A DNA stretch of 64,000 nucleotides from Polyangiales bacterium (lineage in GTDB: Bacteria > Myxococcota_A > Polyangia > Polyangiales > Ga0077539): assembly GCA_044229975.1 (NCBI GenBank), contig JBGARZ010000022.1, forward strand, positions 32,001 through 96,000. The letters run 5' to 3'. A program made the position numbers and the translations under genes. Below the pieces are notes generated by a model. It worked only from the letters and a program-made list of their open reading frames with translations. It did no database searches and was not told the DNA's origin. Below, piece by piece: positions 37,422-50,700 of this stretch. The stretch's first letter is position 1; every line of letters begins with the position of its first letter.

Positions 37422-38996
37422 TCAACCCGTCGGCAGCACCACCTTCGCCGCCGCCTCGATGCGGTACACCAGCGTCAGCGTCAGCGTGCTCCCCGCCGCG
37501 AGCGTCACCGCCCACTTCGCGAACCCATCCCGCGCATCGAGCGTCGCGCCGTCGTGTGACACCACCGCGACCTTCACGTCGTCGACCTCGCTCACCGGGT
37601 AGCGCTCCACCACGCTCAGCTTCCGCGCCTCGTCGGACAGGTTGCTCAGGTACAGCCGCACCGTACGCGCGACCTTCTGCGTGCCGATCACCGGCGTCAC
37701 GTCGCGCTTCTCGTCCACCGAGCGCCGCACGCGCAGCCCGTCGTCGACGCCGAAGCCCAGCTCGAAGGGCTCGCCGCGCCCCACGAAGTCCACGCGCCCG
37801 CGGCCCACCAGCTCGTTGCCGCGCGCGAGCACCACCGGCCCCGCGAGCAACGGAACCGCGCCCGCGTACGTCGCCGTCGCGCGCAGGTGCACCGCGTCGC
37901 CGCGCTCGGGCCACGCCACGCGCTCGACCGTCGCGTCGACCGTCGTGCGGGTGAGCTCCACCCGATGGGGCTCGCCGTCGCTCGGGATGCTCACCGGGTG
38001 CGCGCCCTCCAGCCACTGCGCCTCGCCGCCGTCTTCCACGCCCGGCATTTCGTCGACGTCGCGGCTGCCGCGCGCGAGGCCCGCCGTGGTGATGGTCTGC
38101 TCGCGCGCCTCCACCACCACCCGCGAACGCTCGGGCTCGCTCTTGCGCCGCGTGGTCAGCACATCGTCCGTGAGCAGCGGCGCCGCGGCCGACTTCGCCG
38201 GGCGCGCCGTCGAGAAGCGCGCCGCCACGTTGCTCCACACCTCGCCCGTCACCTGCCAGATCACCGCCGCCGTGGTGATGGTCACCCTCGACGGCTCGCC
38301 ATCACCCGCCGGGGTCCAGCGCGCGAGGTGCTCCGGCCGCCACAGCGCGCACGGCGTCCGGTAGCTGAGCTCGATGGTGACCGACCGCGCCTCGCTCGCC
38401 TCGACCTGCACTTCCACTCGCGACGTCCGCAGGTCACGCGTCGCCTTCGCTGCCTCCAACCGCACGAGCGCCCGCCCCTGCTGGGTGCGCGCGTCGATGC
38501 TCCGGTCCTCCGCGTCGAGCAGCGCATCCTCGGTGGCGCTCGCGCTCTCCTCGACGGCGTCGAAGGCGCTGCGCCACGCCGTCGCTCCGGCGCCCGGGTC
38601 GTCCGTCGTCCCGCGCGGAACGGCCGCCACCGCTCTCACCCAATCGAGCGCGACGGCGTCGAGGCGCTCGACGTCCGTGTGCATCCGATGCTCGTCGCGC
38701 TCGGCCGCTGCCCGGCGGGCCGTCGTCTCCGCGGCGTCACGCTCGGCCGCGTCGCGCTCGTCGTCTCCCGCGACGGAGACCGCTCGCACCGCCCGCACCA
38801 CGCGCGTCGCGATGACCCGCGCGCCGTCGCCCACCACGCCCGCGACGAGGCTCGGGTCGTCGAGGGCCGCCGTCACACCGTCGATCGCCACCCAGGAGAC
38901 GCCCGCTGCGACCTCGGTGGTCGCGCGTCGCACCACCTCGGCGCGGTCCTCGAAGAGGGTCACCCGCACGGCCTCGCTCTTCACCAGGTCAGCCAC
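37422..38996 (-). CDS. DUF4140/DUF4139 (mucoidy inhibitor MuiA family) protein
   Basis: VTLFEDRAEVVR, QVTGEVWSN...FSTARP, SIPSDG, LGFGVD. Confidence 0.85.
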   Translation of the reverse strand: MADLVKSEAVRVTLFEDRAEVVRRATTEVAAGVSWVAIDGVTAALDDPSLVAGVVGDGARVIATRVVRAVRAVSVAGDDERDAAERDAAETTARRAAAERDEHRMHTDVERLDAVALDWVRAVAAVPRGTTDDPGAGATAWRSAFDAVEESASATEDALLDAEDRSIDARTQQGRALVRLEAAKATRDLRTSRVEVQVEASEARSVTIELSYRTPCALWRPEHLARWTPAGDGEPSRVTITTAAVIWQVTGEVWSNVAARFSTARPAKSAAAPLLTDDVLTTRRKSEPERSRVVVEAREQTITTAGLARGSRDVDEMPGVEDGGEAQWLEGAHPVSIPSDGEPHRVELTRTTVDATVERVAWPERGDAVHLRATATYAGAVPLLAGPVVLARGNELVGRGRVDFVGRGEPFELGFGVDDGLRVRRSVDEKRDVTPVIGTQKVARTVRLYLSNLSDEARKLSVVERYPVSEVDDVKVAVVSHDGATLDARDGFAKWAVTLAAGSTLTLTLVYRIEAAAKVVLPTG

Positions 38997-41115
38997 GGCG
39001 ATTGCCTCCGATGATCTCGTTCTTGGAAGGGATGGTGAGTCGGTAGCTGAACTCCACGGTGCTGCGCCCGCCCGCCGGGACGATCACCTCCCAGCGCAGT
39101 CCCCCGCGCACGGCCGCGCCGCGCTCGGCCTGGGTGAAGCGCTCGGGCTCGGGGCGCGCGCCCTTCGGCGTGACCTCGACGGACTTCTCGTCGGTGACCG
39201 GCAGTCGATCGACGAGCTCCACGAGCGCGGGCGAACCCAGCGCCGACGACAGCTCGATGGAGACCGTGTGGTCGATGACGGTGTCGCCGCCAAGGAGACC
39301 CGCCGTGTCCTCCTTCGCGCGCACGTTGCGGGCGAGGCGCAGGCGTTCGTCGAGGCCCATGCCGACGCGGAGCGTTCCGCCGCGGTCGATGCGGTCGATG
39401 GAGGCGACCACCAGCAAGCTCCCATCGACGTAGACGTCTACCGGTCCAGAGAGCAGCGGCGCGTCGAAGGGGTTGCGCAGCTCGACCTCGCGAAAGACCT
39501 CCGGGCGCTCGCACGCGACGGCCCGCCAGCGCACCGTCGGCGTCGCGTCTCCGCTGCCGAGCGGCACCCGGTGCGTGAGCCCGTCCGACGGAACCTCCAC
39601 CAGCCCTTCCGCGCCATACCGATGATCGAACATCCCGCGCGAGCGCATCGGGTCGACGGTTCCGGGTAGCGCGGCGACTGACTCCATCGAACGCGTGGCT
39701 TCGGTCTGTCGTTGTCGCCAGGTGTCTCCGCGGTCGCGCCCGAGTCGCCCGCGGTGATGAGCGGCGGCGGCGTCTCCGAGCGTCAACCCGTCGTAGTCGA
39801 GCCACGCGTCGGACGGCTCGATCGGATCTTCCGGCGGAGGTGGCGCCGCCCCGCCATCCATCATGGCTCCACCTCCACCGAACATGCCCCCCAGCAGACT
39901 CGCGCTCTTGGGCGCCGCGGCGCTCATGCGCATCGCTTGCGGCGCCATGGCCCTCGACATCGGTGGGGCCACAGGCGCTCCCGGCGCGGCACCTCCCGCG
40001 CCAGGCGACGTCCCCGCGCGGGTCCTGGTCGGCGCCACCTCGGCGCGCAGGTCGGCGAGCGAGTCGTCGAAGGCCATCGACGCCTCGACCTCCTCTCCCT
40101 CTGACTCTTCTTCTTCCTCTTCCTCTTCTTCGACGCCGCCCTGCCATCCATGCGCAGACGGCGACCTCGCGGCGATCGTCATGGGGGCCGCGCCGAAGGC
40201 CCGGTCGTAGCCCGCGAACATCGCGTCGACCCCGGCGGGTGGATCGCGAAACCCACGCTTCGAGGGAGGCTGTGCGCGGCCGAAGCGCAGCGACGGGAGC
40301 GTCGGCATGCGCGCGTCGAAGAGCATGTCGGCGGTGGAGAGTTCGAGCCGCGCGTCGCGCCAGTCCTCGCCCGAGCGTTGCGCGACGAGGGCCTCGGTCA
40401 CCCAAGTCGCAGCGCGCGCGTTGTCGCGGATGCGGAGGGTGTAGATCGGCCACCAGCGCGCCGCGCCCACCGCGTAGGTGAGCTCGATGTGGGGGAGGGG
40501 CCCTTCGCCGCGCACGGTGACGAGCACGCGCCGGGTCGGGTGCGCGTCGCCGACGCGATCGGCGCTGCGGGCTTGCGCGGCTTCGACGCGGGCGCGCTGG
40601 AGGGCGAGGGTGAGCTCGTGGCGTTGGCGCTGGAGGGCGTCGAGGCGCGCGTCGAGGTCGGCGGCGAGGTCGGCGAGCATCGTGTGGGTGGCGAGCGTCT
40701 CGCGGGTTCGCTGCACGACGGCGCGCGGGTCATCGGGGGCGCGTCGCGCGCGGTGGTCGGGGGCGAGGCGAGCGGCGACGACGGCCTCGCGTCGGCGGTG
40801 CAGGAGCGACGCGCGGCGATCGACGCCGCGGAGCGTGCGTTCGATGGAGCGCACTGCGTCCAACGAGGGACCGAGCGCCGAGCCGCTCGCGGGGACGACG
40901 AGCGTCGAGCGAACGAGCACCAGCGTGCGACCGGCGGCTTCCTCGGGGAGACGAACGCGAAACGACCCGGGCGCAGCGAGCGGGGGAAGACCGTCGAGCG
41001 CGAGCGTGACCTCGCCGTCGGCGGGCGTGTGGGCCGGGACCACGCGCCGGGTGACGCGCGCGCCTCGCGCGAAGACGTGGACGTGCGTGATGGTGCTGCT
41101 GCAAGAGATCGCCAC
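38989..41115 (-). CDS. DUF4140/DUF4139 protein
   Basis: VHVFARGARVTR, QRSGEDW...LELSTA, VPSDG, LLSGPVDVYVDG. Confidence 0.85.
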   Translation of the reverse strand: MAISCSSTITHVHVFARGARVTRRVVPAHTPADGEVTLALDGLPPLAAPGSFRVRLPEEAAGRTLVLVRSTLVVPASGSALGPSLDAVRSIERTLRGVDRRASLLHRRREAVVAARLAPDHRARRAPDDPRAVVQRTRETLATHTMLADLAADLDARLDALQRQRHELTLALQRARVEAAQARSADRVGDAHPTRRVLVTVRGEGPLPHIELTYAVGAARWWPIYTLRIRDNARAATWVTEALVAQRSGEDWRDARLELSTADMLFDARMPTLPSLRFGRAQPPSKRGFRDPPAGVDAMFAGYDRAFGAAPMTIAARSPSAHGWQGGVEEEEEEEEESEGEEVEASMAFDDSLADLRAEVAPTRTRAGTSPGAGGAAPGAPVAPPMSRAMAPQAMRMSAAAPKSASLLGGMFGGGGAMMDGGAAPPPPEDPIEPSDAWLDYDGLTLGDAAAAHHRGRLGRDRGDTWRQRQTEATRSMESVAALPGTVDPMRSRGMFDHRYGAEGLVEVPSDGLTHRVPLGSGDATPTVRWRAVACERPEVFREVELRNPFDAPLLSGPVDVYVDGSLLVVASIDRIDRGGTLRVGMGLDERLRLARNVRAKEDTAGLLGGDTVIDHTVSIELSSALGSPALVELVDRLPVTDEKSVEVTPKGARPEPERFTQAERGAAVRGGLRWEVIVPAGGRSTVEFSYRLTIPSKNEIIGGNRRG

Positions 41116-41307
41116 GGGTCGCTCCTCCCGCGCTGCGTGGGCGCTGCGCGGCGTGAAAGGTCGCACGGTGCGATCGGCGCGAGCAACGGACCTTTGGGTG
41201 AGCCGAGAGCCGCGGAGGTTGAAATGGCCGAAGCCCCCGAAGCGTCTCCGCGAGGAGAGCGCCGCGAGGGCTCCGATGGGGTGGTCGCTGGTGGGGCGAC
41301 CGACCGA

Positions 41308-41799
41308 CTACTGCTGGGCGTCCCAGGTGTCCTGGTGCGTGATGCCGCCGTTCTCGTAGGTCCAGGTGACGGTGTGGAACACGAAGGTCACTTCCTCCAA
41401 GGGGGGCTCGGTGGAGGTGGCGGGGACGATCGTGTCGGGCACGATCTGCTTCTGCGAGTTGATGCGGCCGCGCTTGATCTCGACCGTGTAGAACTGCTCG
41501 GTCGTGCCGTCACCGGTGGGGTTCGGACGGAAGAACTTGAACTTGCCCTCGATGACCTCGTTGTTGCAGAGGGCCTTGGCGAGGAGCGGGGTCGACTTGT
41601 CGATGCGCTTGCGGATGAGCAGCGGCTCGTACTGGCGGCGGCCGGTGGCGAGCGACGAGCCCGCCTCGCGGGCGGTCTTCACGGCCTGCTCGTAGTAGAC
41701 GCACTCGATCGAACCCTCGCGACCCAGGCTGGTCTGCGTGCTCTCGCCCTTGATCTCGGTGCCGTTCGCCTTGAGATAGAGATGTACGGTTTCGGCCAT
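41308..41799 (-). CDS. hcp: type VI secretion tube protein Hcp (TssD)
   Basis: IKGES, GRRQYEPL.IRKRIDKSTPLL, EQFYTVEI, LEEVTFVFHTVTW. Confidence 0.93.
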   Translation of the reverse strand: MAETVHLYLKANGTEIKGESTQTSLGREGSIECVYYEQAVKTAREAGSSLATGRRQYEPLLIRKRIDKSTPLLAKALCNNEVIEGKFKFFRPNPTGDGTTEQFYTVEIKRGRINSQKQIVPDTIVPATSTEPPLEEVTFVFHTVTWTYENGGITHQDTWDAQQ

Positions 41800-41887
41800 G
41801 ATGGTCTCTCGATGTGGGCAGTGGGGGAGGGTAGTCGCCGCGCGTCGCCAATGCCCACCGTTGGCGACCCCGACGGGCCCGGACTTG

Positions 41888-41903
41888 AGCACCACTCATG
41901 CCA
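41888..41903 (-). promoter_or_regulatory. putative sigma54 (-24/-12) promoter of hcp
   Basis: Minus strand TGGCATGAGTGGTGCT (GG-N10-GC), about 90 bp upstream of hcp. Confidence 0.6.
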
Positions 41904-42156
41904 CGTTGGCAAGCCCTCCCTCGACGTTGCCGCGACCGGCGTGAAACCCCGCTGAACCAGCCAACGCAGCACCTCGGGGCCCGGGGCCGCAGTCAGTGGA
42001 CGGCAGTCCAACGGCGGCGCGGTCTCCGTAGGTTGTCGCGACCCGAGGCCGTCGATTCCGTCGGCTTGGCCAGCGTTGGGACACTTGGCCGACGCATTGG
42101 ACGACTGTCGAAGCGATCCATCCGTTGAGACGTTCGGGTACACTCCGGCGCCCATC

Positions 42157-43494
42157 ATGAGCGACGAGAACACCCTGGTGAACCTGAGCGACTTCGGCTT
42201 CTCCCGGAGCCTCGTCCTCCACGAGCCGCAGTTGCGCTGGGTCGACGCCGCGGGCTCGCACAGCTACCTGCTCACGGGTCGCCGCATGATCGGCTCGGCG
42301 GAGGACTGCGACATCAGCGTGCGCGACGACGAGGTGTCGCGCCTCCACGCCTCCTTCGAGGTCACCTCCGACGGCGCGTGGGTGCGCGACCTCGGCAGCC
42401 GCAACGGAACCTTCGTCAACGGCGTGCGGGTGCGCGAGGCGCGGGTGCCCGACGGCGGGAGCGTGCACGTCGGCACGACCGACCTCTGGCTCTACTACAA
42501 CCAGAACACCCTCGAGCTCGACCTCTGGCCCTTCGAGCGCTTCGGCCCGCTGTGGGGGCGCAGCGTGCCGATGCGCGAGATGTTCGCGAAGCTCTACCGG
42601 GTCGCGTCGATGGACTCCACGGTGCTCGTGCTCGGCGAGACGGGCACCGGGAAGGAGCTCGTCGCGCGCGCGCTGCACGAGTCGTCGCCGCGCTCGGAGA
42701 AGCCCTTCGTGGTGGTCGACTGTGGCGCGCTCGCGGAGAGCCTCCTGGAGGTCGAGCTCTTCGGCAACGCGAAGGGCGCGTACACCGGGGCGATGGGCGC
42801 GCGCGCCGGGGCCATCGAGTCTGCGGACGGCGGCACGGTGTTCCTCGACGAGATCGGGGAGATGCCGCTCGCGATGCAGCCGAAGCTGCTGCGCGCGCTC
42901 GAAGGGCGCATGGTGCGGCGGGTCGGCGAGTCGCAGTACCGCAACGTCAACGTGCGCTTCATCGCCGCGACGCACCGCGACCTCGCGACGATGGTCAACG
43001 CGGGGACGTTTCGCGAAGACCTCTACTTCCGCCTCTCGGTCGTGCCCGTCACGGTGCCCCCGCTGCGCGAGCGCCTCGACGACATTCCCCTGCTCGTCGA
43101 CAAGCTGATGCCGACGGGCGCTCGCGCCCGCGACGTCGTGACGCCCGATCTCCTCCAGGAGCTGCGACATCGCTCGTGGGCGGGCAACGTTCGAGAGCTC
43201 CGCAATTTCGTCGAGCGGGCTCTCGCGCTCGGTGCGCGAGGCGCGCTGCATCTCGCCGGCGCGCGCGTCGACGACCACCATCCCTCCGTCGCGCCTCCGT
43301 CCGAGGGCGCGCTCCCGGCGGTGAGCGCCGACGAGCCCTTCAAGATCATCCGCGACCGGTGGCTCGACCACCTCGAGCGCGAATATTTGCGCTCGATGAT
43401 GGGGCGCCATAAGCGCGACACGAGCGCCATCGCACAGGCCTCGGGGCTCGACCGCAGCTACGTCTACCGCCTCATGCGCAAGCACGAACTCTGA
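42157..43494 (+). CDS. FHA-domain sigma54-dependent transcriptional activator
   Basis: FHA motifs (VSRLHA, DLGSRNGT); GETGTGKE, GAYTGA, FLDEIGE, FREDLYFRL; C-terminal HTH. Confidence 0.93.
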   Translation: MSDENTLVNLSDFGFSRSLVLHEPQLRWVDAAGSHSYLLTGRRMIGSAEDCDISVRDDEVSRLHASFEVTSDGAWVRDLGSRNGTFVNGVRVREARVPDGGSVHVGTTDLWLYYNQNTLELDLWPFERFGPLWGRSVPMREMFAKLYRVASMDSTVLVLGETGTGKELVARALHESSPRSEKPFVVVDCGALAESLLEVELFGNAKGAYTGAMGARAGAIESADGGTVFLDEIGEMPLAMQPKLLRALEGRMVRRVGESQYRNVNVRFIAATHRDLATMVNAGTFREDLYFRLSVVPVTVPPLRERLDDIPLLVDKLMPTGARARDVVTPDLLQELRHRSWAGNVRELRNFVERALALGARGALHLAGARVDDHHPSVAPPSEGALPAVSADEPFKIIRDRWLDHLEREYLRSMMGRHKRDTSAIAQASGLDRSYVYRLMRKHEL

Positions 43495-43510
43495 GCATCG
43501 CGAGGGCCCC

Positions 43511-43540
43511 TTGACACCCTTCGATGGTGTCAGTCATAAA
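43511..43540 (+). promoter_or_regulatory. putative sigma70 promoter of the str operon
   Basis: TTGACA-18 bp-CATAAA upstream of rpsL. Confidence 0.55.
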
Positions 43541-43620
43541 GCCGCCCCTCGCGACCGGTCCCCCGCGCATTGATGGACGGGACCTTTAGAACTCCAGCAA
43601 ACCGAAGAGTCACCCCACCG

Positions 43621-44019
<399 letters not shown>

Positions 44020-44022
44020 TCG

Positions 44023-44493
44023 ATGCCTCGTCGTGGAGAAGTACCGAAGCGCAAGAACGTCCCGGACCCCAAGTACAAGGACCGTCTGGTCGCCAAGCTC
44101 ACGAACACCGTGATGCTCAGCGGCGAGAAGTCCATCGCGGAGGGGATCGTCTACGGGGCCTTTGATTTGATCCAGGCGCGCCAGAAGGAGGACCCGTTGG
44201 AGGTCTTCCGCAAGGCCCTCGACAACATCAAGCCGAAGGTCGAAGTGAAGTCCCGCCGCGTGGGCGGTGCGACCTATCAGGTGCCCGTGGAAGTTCGGCC
44301 CGACCGTCGGGTCTCGCTTGCCATGCGCTGGATGGTGTCGTATTCGCGCAGCCGCGGCGAGAAGACCATGGCCGAGCGCCTGGCCAACGAGCTGGCCGAG
44401 GCCGCCCAGGGCCGCGGCAACGCGGTCAAGAAGAAGGAAGACACCCACAAGATGGCCGACGCCAACAAGGCGTTCGCCCACTACCGCTGGTGA
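44023..44493 (+). CDS. rpsG: 30S ribosomal protein S7
   Basis: [22 protein letters not shown]. Confidence 0.98.
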   Translation: MPRRGEVPKRKNVPDPKYKDRLVAKLTNTVMLSGEKSIAEGIVYGAFDLIQARQKEDPLEVFRKALDNIKPKVEVKSRRVGGATYQVPVEVRPDRRVSLAMRWMVSYSRSRGEKTMAERLANELAEAAQGRGNAVKKKEDTHKMADANKAFAHYRW

Positions 44494-44792
44494 GCATCGA
44501 CCCGAGCGCATGACGACGACGACATAAGACGACCGACGCCGCGCCACCCCACCGGGGTGGGTACAGAGCGGCTCCCCCGACGAGGGTGTGAGCCGCACGC
44601 GTGAGTAGCGCCAGTCGTGACCCTCCCGGGCCGTGAAGTATCCCTCCGAAGGTGAGGGAGAAAGGTCCCCGGGGGGGTTTCGTCTGTCCGGCGTTCGGTG
44701 TACTGGCCGCTCCCGCTCTCAGAGTTTCAAGGCTTCGTTTCCAAGACCTCAGCCGCCCGAAGTTGGGCGGCGCACCGACGGAGAAGACCACA

Positions 44793-46913
44793 GTGCCTCG
44801 CGACCTCCCGATCGAACGCTATCGCAACATCGGCATCATGGCCCACATCGACGCGGGCAAGACGACCGTGACCGAGCGAGTCCTGTTCTACACGGGCCGC
44901 ATTCACCGCACCGGTGAGGTTCACGAGGGCGGCGCCACGATGGACTGGATGGAGCAGGAGCAGGAGCGTGGCATCACGATCACCTCCGCCGCGACCACGG
45001 CCTTCTGGGTTCCCAGCATCGGCCCGGGCAAGGACATCAAGCACCGCGTCAACATCATCGACACCCCCGGACACGTGGACTTCACCATCGAGGTGGAGCG
45101 CTCGCTCCGCGTGCTCGACGGCGCGGTCGCGGTGTTCGATGGCGGCAACGGTGTCGAGCCGCAGTCGGAGACGGTCTGGCGCCAGGCCGACCGCTACAAG
45201 GTCCCCCGCATCGCGTTCATGAACAAGATGGACAAGATCGGCGCCGACTTCCAGATGTGCGTCGAGTCGATGCGCGAGCGCCTCGGCACCAACCCGGTGC
45301 CGATCCAGCTCCCGCTCGGCGAGGAAGAGAAGCACCGCGGCGTCATCGACCTCATCCGCATGAAGGCCATCGTGTTCGACGAGGCCTCCAAGGGTCAGAA
45401 GTTCTCCGTCGAAGAGATCCCGGCGGACTTCAAGGACGCGGCCGACACCGCCCGTCAGCAGCTCATCGAGTCCATCGCCGACGTCGATGACGCGGTGGGC
45501 GAGAAGTTCCTCGCGGACGACGTCGCGTCCATCACCGAGGCCGAGATCCACGCGGCCCTCCGCGCGGGCACCATCTCCTTCAAGCTCGTCCCGGTGTGCT
45601 GCGGCTCGGCCTTCAAGAACAAGGGCGTGCAGCAGCTCCTCGACGCGGTGGTGACCTACCTCCCGTCGCCCATCGACGTGCCGGCCCGCATCGGCAAGCA
45701 CCCCGACAAGCCCGACGTGGAGGTCATCCGCAAGGCCGAGGACAGCGCTCCCTTCAGCGCGCTCGCCTTCAAGCTCATGAACGACAAGTTCGTGGGCAAC
45801 CTGACCTTCATCCGCGTGTACTCGGGTCAGCTCGACTCGGGCACCAGCGTGCTCAACACCACCCGCGGCAAGAACGAGCGCGTGGGCCGTCTGCTCCTCA
45901 TGCACGCCAACGAGCGTGAGGACATCAAGGACGTGTTCGCGGGCGTCATCGCGGCGGCCGTGGGCTTCCGCGACACCCGCACGGGCGACACGCTCTGCGA
46001 CGAGAAGAACCCGGTCGTGCTGGAGAGCATGAAGTTCCCGGACCCGGTCATCTCGATCGCCATCGAGCCGAAGACCAAGAGCGACCAGGACAAGATGGGC
46101 GTCGGGCTCCAGAAGCTCGCGTTCGAAGACCCGTCGTTCCGCATGAACACCGACGAGGAGAGCGGCCAGACGCTCATCCACGGCATGGGCGAGCTCCACC
46201 TGGAGATCATCGTCGACCGCCTGAAGCGCGAGTTCAAGGTCGAGGCCAACACGGGCAAGCCCGAGGTCGCCTACCGCGAGTCCGTGAAGCGCAAGGCCGA
46301 GGGCGAGTGCAAGTACGCCAAGCAGTCGGGCGGTCGCGGCCAGTACGGCCACGTCGTGCTCGACCTCGAGCCCGGCGAGCGCGGCACCGGCTTCATCTTC
46401 GAGGACGACATCAAGGGCGGCGTCATCCCCCGCGAGTTCATCCCCGCGGTGGAGAAGGGCGCCCGCGAGGCGCTCCAGCGCGGCGTGCTGGCGGGTTACC
46501 CCGTCATCGACACCAAGGTGCGGCTGTTCTTCGGCAGCTACCACGACGTCGACTCCAGCGCGCAGGCCTTCGAGATCGCGGCCTCCATGGCCGTGCAGGA
46601 CGCCTGCAAGAAGGCCGGCATCTCGATCCTGGAGCCGATCATGGCCGTCGAGGTCGTGACGCCCGACCAGTTCATGGGCGAGGTCATCGGCGATCTCAAC
46701 TCCCGCCGCGGCCAGATCAAGGGCATGAACGCGCGCGGCAAGAACGCGCAGGCCGTCGAAGGCACCGTGCCGCTCGCGAACATGTTCGGCTACGTCACCG
46801 ACCTCCGCAGCAAGACCCAGGGCCGCGCGGTCTCGACGATGCAGTTCTCGCACTACGAGCCTGTGCCCAACGTGGTGCAGGAAGAGATCGTGGCGAAGAG
46901 CCGCGGCAAGTAA
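44793..46913 (+). CDS. fusA: elongation factor G
   Basis: [31 protein letters not shown] start at 44793. Confidence 0.98.
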   Translation: MPRDLPIERYRNIGIMAHIDAGKTTVTERVLFYTGRIHRTGEVHEGGATMDWMEQEQERGITITSAATTAFWVPSIGPGKDIKHRVNIIDTPGHVDFTIEVERSLRVLDGAVAVFDGGNGVEPQSETVWRQADRYKVPRIAFMNKMDKIGADFQMCVESMRERLGTNPVPIQLPLGEEEKHRGVIDLIRMKAIVFDEASKGQKFSVEEIPADFKDAADTARQQLIESIADVDDAVGEKFLADDVASITEAEIHAALRAGTISFKLVPVCCGSAFKNKGVQQLLDAVVTYLPSPIDVPARIGKHPDKPDVEVIRKAEDSAPFSALAFKLMNDKFVGNLTFIRVYSGQLDSGTSVLNTTRGKNERVGRLLLMHANEREDIKDVFAGVIAAAVGFRDTRTGDTLCDEKNPVVLESMKFPDPVISIAIEPKTKSDQDKMGVGLQKLAFEDPSFRMNTDEESGQTLIHGMGELHLEIIVDRLKREFKVEANTGKPEVAYRESVKRKAEGECKYAKQSGGRGQYGHVVLDLEPGERGTGFIFEDDIKGGVIPREFIPAVEKGAREALQRGVLAGYPVIDTKVRLFFGSYHDVDSSAQAFEIAASMAVQDACKKAGISILEPIMAVEVVTPDQFMGEVIGDLNSRRGQIKGMNARGKNAQAVEGTVPLANMFGYVTDLRSKTQGRAVSTMQFSHYEPVPNVVQEEIVAKSRGK

Positions 46914-46966
46914 TCACAAGAGTTTCAAGACAACCCACAACGAAGAACGAAAGAGAGTAGAGAGAA

Positions 46967-48163
<1,197 letters not shown>

Positions 48164-48274
48164 GATGACCGGGGCGCTCGTCGCCCCCGTCCGGGACTCT
48201 TCGTACATCGAAGAGCGCCGGTCGGGGGTGGCGGGATCCCCAGTCGACTGAAGTTACCTTTAAGGAAACCCGAA

Positions 48275-48583
48275 ATGGCGACCACCAAGATCCGAATCCG
48301 CCTCAAGGCGTTCGACCACAAGCTCCTCGACCAGGCGGCGAGCGAGATCGTGGAGACGGCGCGGGGCACCGGCGCCCGCGTGGCGGGGCCCATCCCCCTG
48401 CCCACGAAGATCAACCGTTATACCGTGCTGCGCGGGCCGCACGTCGACAAGAAGTCCCGGGAGCAGTTCGAGATCCGCACGCACAAGCGGCTCCTCGACA
48501 TCCTGGAGCCCACCCAGCAGACCCTGGACGCGCTGATGAAGCTCGACCTGTCGGCCGGCGTGGACGTTGAAATCAAGAGCTGA
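48275..48583 (+). CDS. rpsJ: 30S ribosomal protein S10
   Basis: [30 protein letters not shown]. Confidence 0.98.
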   Translation: MATTKIRIRLKAFDHKLLDQAASEIVETARGTGARVAGPIPLPTKINRYTVLRGPHVDKKSREQFEIRTHKRLLDILEPTQQTLDALMKLDLSAGVDVEIKS

Positions 48584-48593
48584 GGGCACCGCC

Positions 48594-49223
48594 ATGGCAA
48601 AGCTGACGGTAGTCAATATCAAGGGCGAGCAGACCGGTGAGATCGACCTCTCGGATGAGGTCTTCGGGATCACCGAAATCAACCAGGATCTCTTCTACGA
48701 GATCGTGAAGGCGCAGCTCGCATCGCGGCGCGCCGGCACGCACTCGACCAAGGGCCGCGCCGAGGTCGCGGGCTCCAAGAAGAAGCTCTACAAGCAGAAG
48801 GGCACGGGCAACGCGCGCCACGGCAACATCCGGGCGCCCATCTTCGCGAAGGGCGGCAAGGTCCACACGCCGAAGCCGCGCGACTACTCCTACCGGCCGC
48901 CGGCGAAGATGCGCGCGGGTGCCCTCCGGCACGCGCTCTCGCTCTTCGTGAAGGAGGGGCGCATCGTGGTCCTCGACGGGTTCGCCGTCGACGCCGTGAA
49001 GACCAAGTCCGTGGCCCAGGCGCTCACCTCGGTGAAGGCCCAGGGCGCCTCGGTCGTGGTCGACGCTGCCACCAACGAGAACCTCCGCCTGTCCACGCGC
49101 AACCTCGACCGCGCGACCTTCCTCCCGCCGGAGGGCGTCAACGTGTACGACCTGCTCCGGCACGACACCCTGATCCTGACCCAGGACGCCGCGCGCGCCT
49201 TGGAGAAGCGCCTGAGCGCGTAG
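48594..49223 (+). CDS. rplD: 50S ribosomal protein L4
   Basis: [29 protein letters not shown]. Confidence 0.96.
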   Translation: MAKLTVVNIKGEQTGEIDLSDEVFGITEINQDLFYEIVKAQLASRRAGTHSTKGRAEVAGSKKKLYKQKGTGNARHGNIRAPIFAKGGKVHTPKPRDYSYRPPAKMRAGALRHALSLFVKEGRIVVLDGFAVDAVKTKSVAQALTSVKAQGASVVVDAATNENLRLSTRNLDRATFLPPEGVNVYDLLRHDTLILTQDAARALEKRLSA

Positions 49224-49236
49224 GACGAGCAGAGCG

Positions 49237-49536
49237 ATGAACACCAACATCCCCCAGATCCTCCGGCGCCCGCTGACCCTCACCGAGAAGGGTGCGACGC
49301 TGAAGGCCGAGCTCAACAAGGTCATGTTCGAGGTCGCCCGCGACGCGAGCAAGACGCAGATCCGCGCCGCCATCGAAGGCGCCTTTTCGGTCAAGGTCAT
49401 CGACGTCCGCACGATGATCGTCCGCGGCAAGATGAAGCGGATGGGTCGCGGTTACGCGAAGACGCAGAACTGGAAGAAGGCGATCGTGACGCTCCGTGAG
49501 GGCGACACCATCGAAGTCTTCGAGAACCAGGCGTAG
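49237..49536 (+). CDS. rplW: 50S ribosomal protein L23
   Basis: [15 protein letters not shown]. Confidence 0.96.
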   Translation: MNTNIPQILRRPLTLTEKGATLKAELNKVMFEVARDASKTQIRAAIEGAFSVKVIDVRTMIVRGKMKRMGRGYAKTQNWKKAIVTLREGDTIEVFENQA

Positions 49537-49550
49537 GTCAGGATAGAGCC

Positions 49551-50381
49551 ATGGCGATCAAGTCCTTCAAGCCCAACACCCCGTCGCAGCGCTACATGAC
49601 GGTCTCCACGTTCGAGGGAATCTCGGACAAGAGGCCGGAGAAGTCGCTCACGGAGCACCAGACCTCCACCGGCGGCCGCAACAACGCGGGCCGCATCACG
49701 TCGCGCTTCCGCGGCGGCGGTCACAAGCAGCGCTACCGCATCATCGACTGGAAGCGTAACCGTATCGGCATCCCCGCCACGGTCGCCGCCATCGAGTACG
49801 ACCCCAACCGCACCGCGCGCATCGCGCTCCTCCACTACGTGGACGGCGTGAAGGCGTACATCCTCGCCGCCGACGGCCTCAAGGCCGGCGACAGCGTGGT
49901 GTCCTCGCGCAACGCGGACATCAAGCCGGGCAACGCCCTGCCGCTGCGGTTCATCCCGCTCGGCACGGTGATCCACAACGTGGAGCTCAAGGTCGGCAAG
50001 GGCGCGCAGCTCGTCCGCTCGGCGGGCGTCGCGGCGCAGCTCGTGGCCAAGGAGAACGAGTGGGCCCAGGTGCGGTTGCCTTCGGGCGAGATCCGCAAGG
50101 TCCACCTCGACTGCCGCGCCACCATCGGCCAGGTGAGCAACCCCGACCACGCGAACATCACCATCGGCAAGGCTGGTCGTTCGCGCTGGCTCGGCAAGCG
50201 CCCGCACAACCGCGGCGTGACCATGAACCCCGTCGATCACCCCATGGGCGGTGGCGAGGGTCGTACCTCCGGCGGCCGTCAGCCGTGCTCACCCTGGGGC
50301 CAGCTCTCGAAGGGCCTCAAGACGCGTCACAACAAGCGCACGGATTCCATGATCATCAAGCGCCGCGGCGCGAAGGGTTGA
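49551..50381 (+). CDS. rplB: 50S ribosomal protein L2
   Basis: [28 protein letters not shown]. Confidence 0.98.
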   Translation: MAIKSFKPNTPSQRYMTVSTFEGISDKRPEKSLTEHQTSTGGRNNAGRITSRFRGGGHKQRYRIIDWKRNRIGIPATVAAIEYDPNRTARIALLHYVDGVKAYILAADGLKAGDSVVSSRNADIKPGNALPLRFIPLGTVIHNVELKVGKGAQLVRSAGVAAQLVAKENEWAQVRLPSGEIRKVHLDCRATIGQVSNPDHANITIGKAGRSRWLGKRPHNRGVTMNPVDHPMGGGEGRTSGGRQPCSPWGQLSKGLKTRHNKRTDSMIIKRRGAKG

Positions 50382-50385
50382 GCTC

Positions 50386-50688
50386 ATGCCTCGTTCACTG
50401 AAGAAGGGTCCGTTCATCGATGTGCACCTGCTCGACAAGGTGCTCAAGGCCGCCGAGGAGAAGTCGAAGCGCGTGATCAAGACCTGGTCGCGGCGGAGCA
50501 CCATCCTCCCCGAGGCCGTCGGTCTGACCGTGTCGGTGCACAACGGGCGGAAGTTCGTCCCGGTGTTCGTCACCGAGAACATGGTGGGTCACAAGTTCGG
50601 CGAGTTCGCCCCGACGCGCACGTTTCACGGGCACTCGGGCGACCGCAAGGGCAAGGCCCCCGCTGGCAAGGGCACCGGGAAGAAGTAA
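50386..50688 (+). CDS. rpsS: 30S ribosomal protein S19
   Basis: [26 protein letters not shown]. Confidence 0.98.
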   Translation: MPRSLKKGPFIDVHLLDKVLKAAEEKSKRVIKTWSRRSTILPEAVGLTVSVHNGRKFVPVFVTENMVGHKFGEFAPTRTFHGHSGDRKGKAPAGKGTGKK

Positions 50689-50700
50689 GGGGACACCCAG

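Noticed and set aside
48164..48274. tRNA between tuf and rpsJ
   Set aside because: No cloverleaf or T-loop motif; only a short GC hairpin
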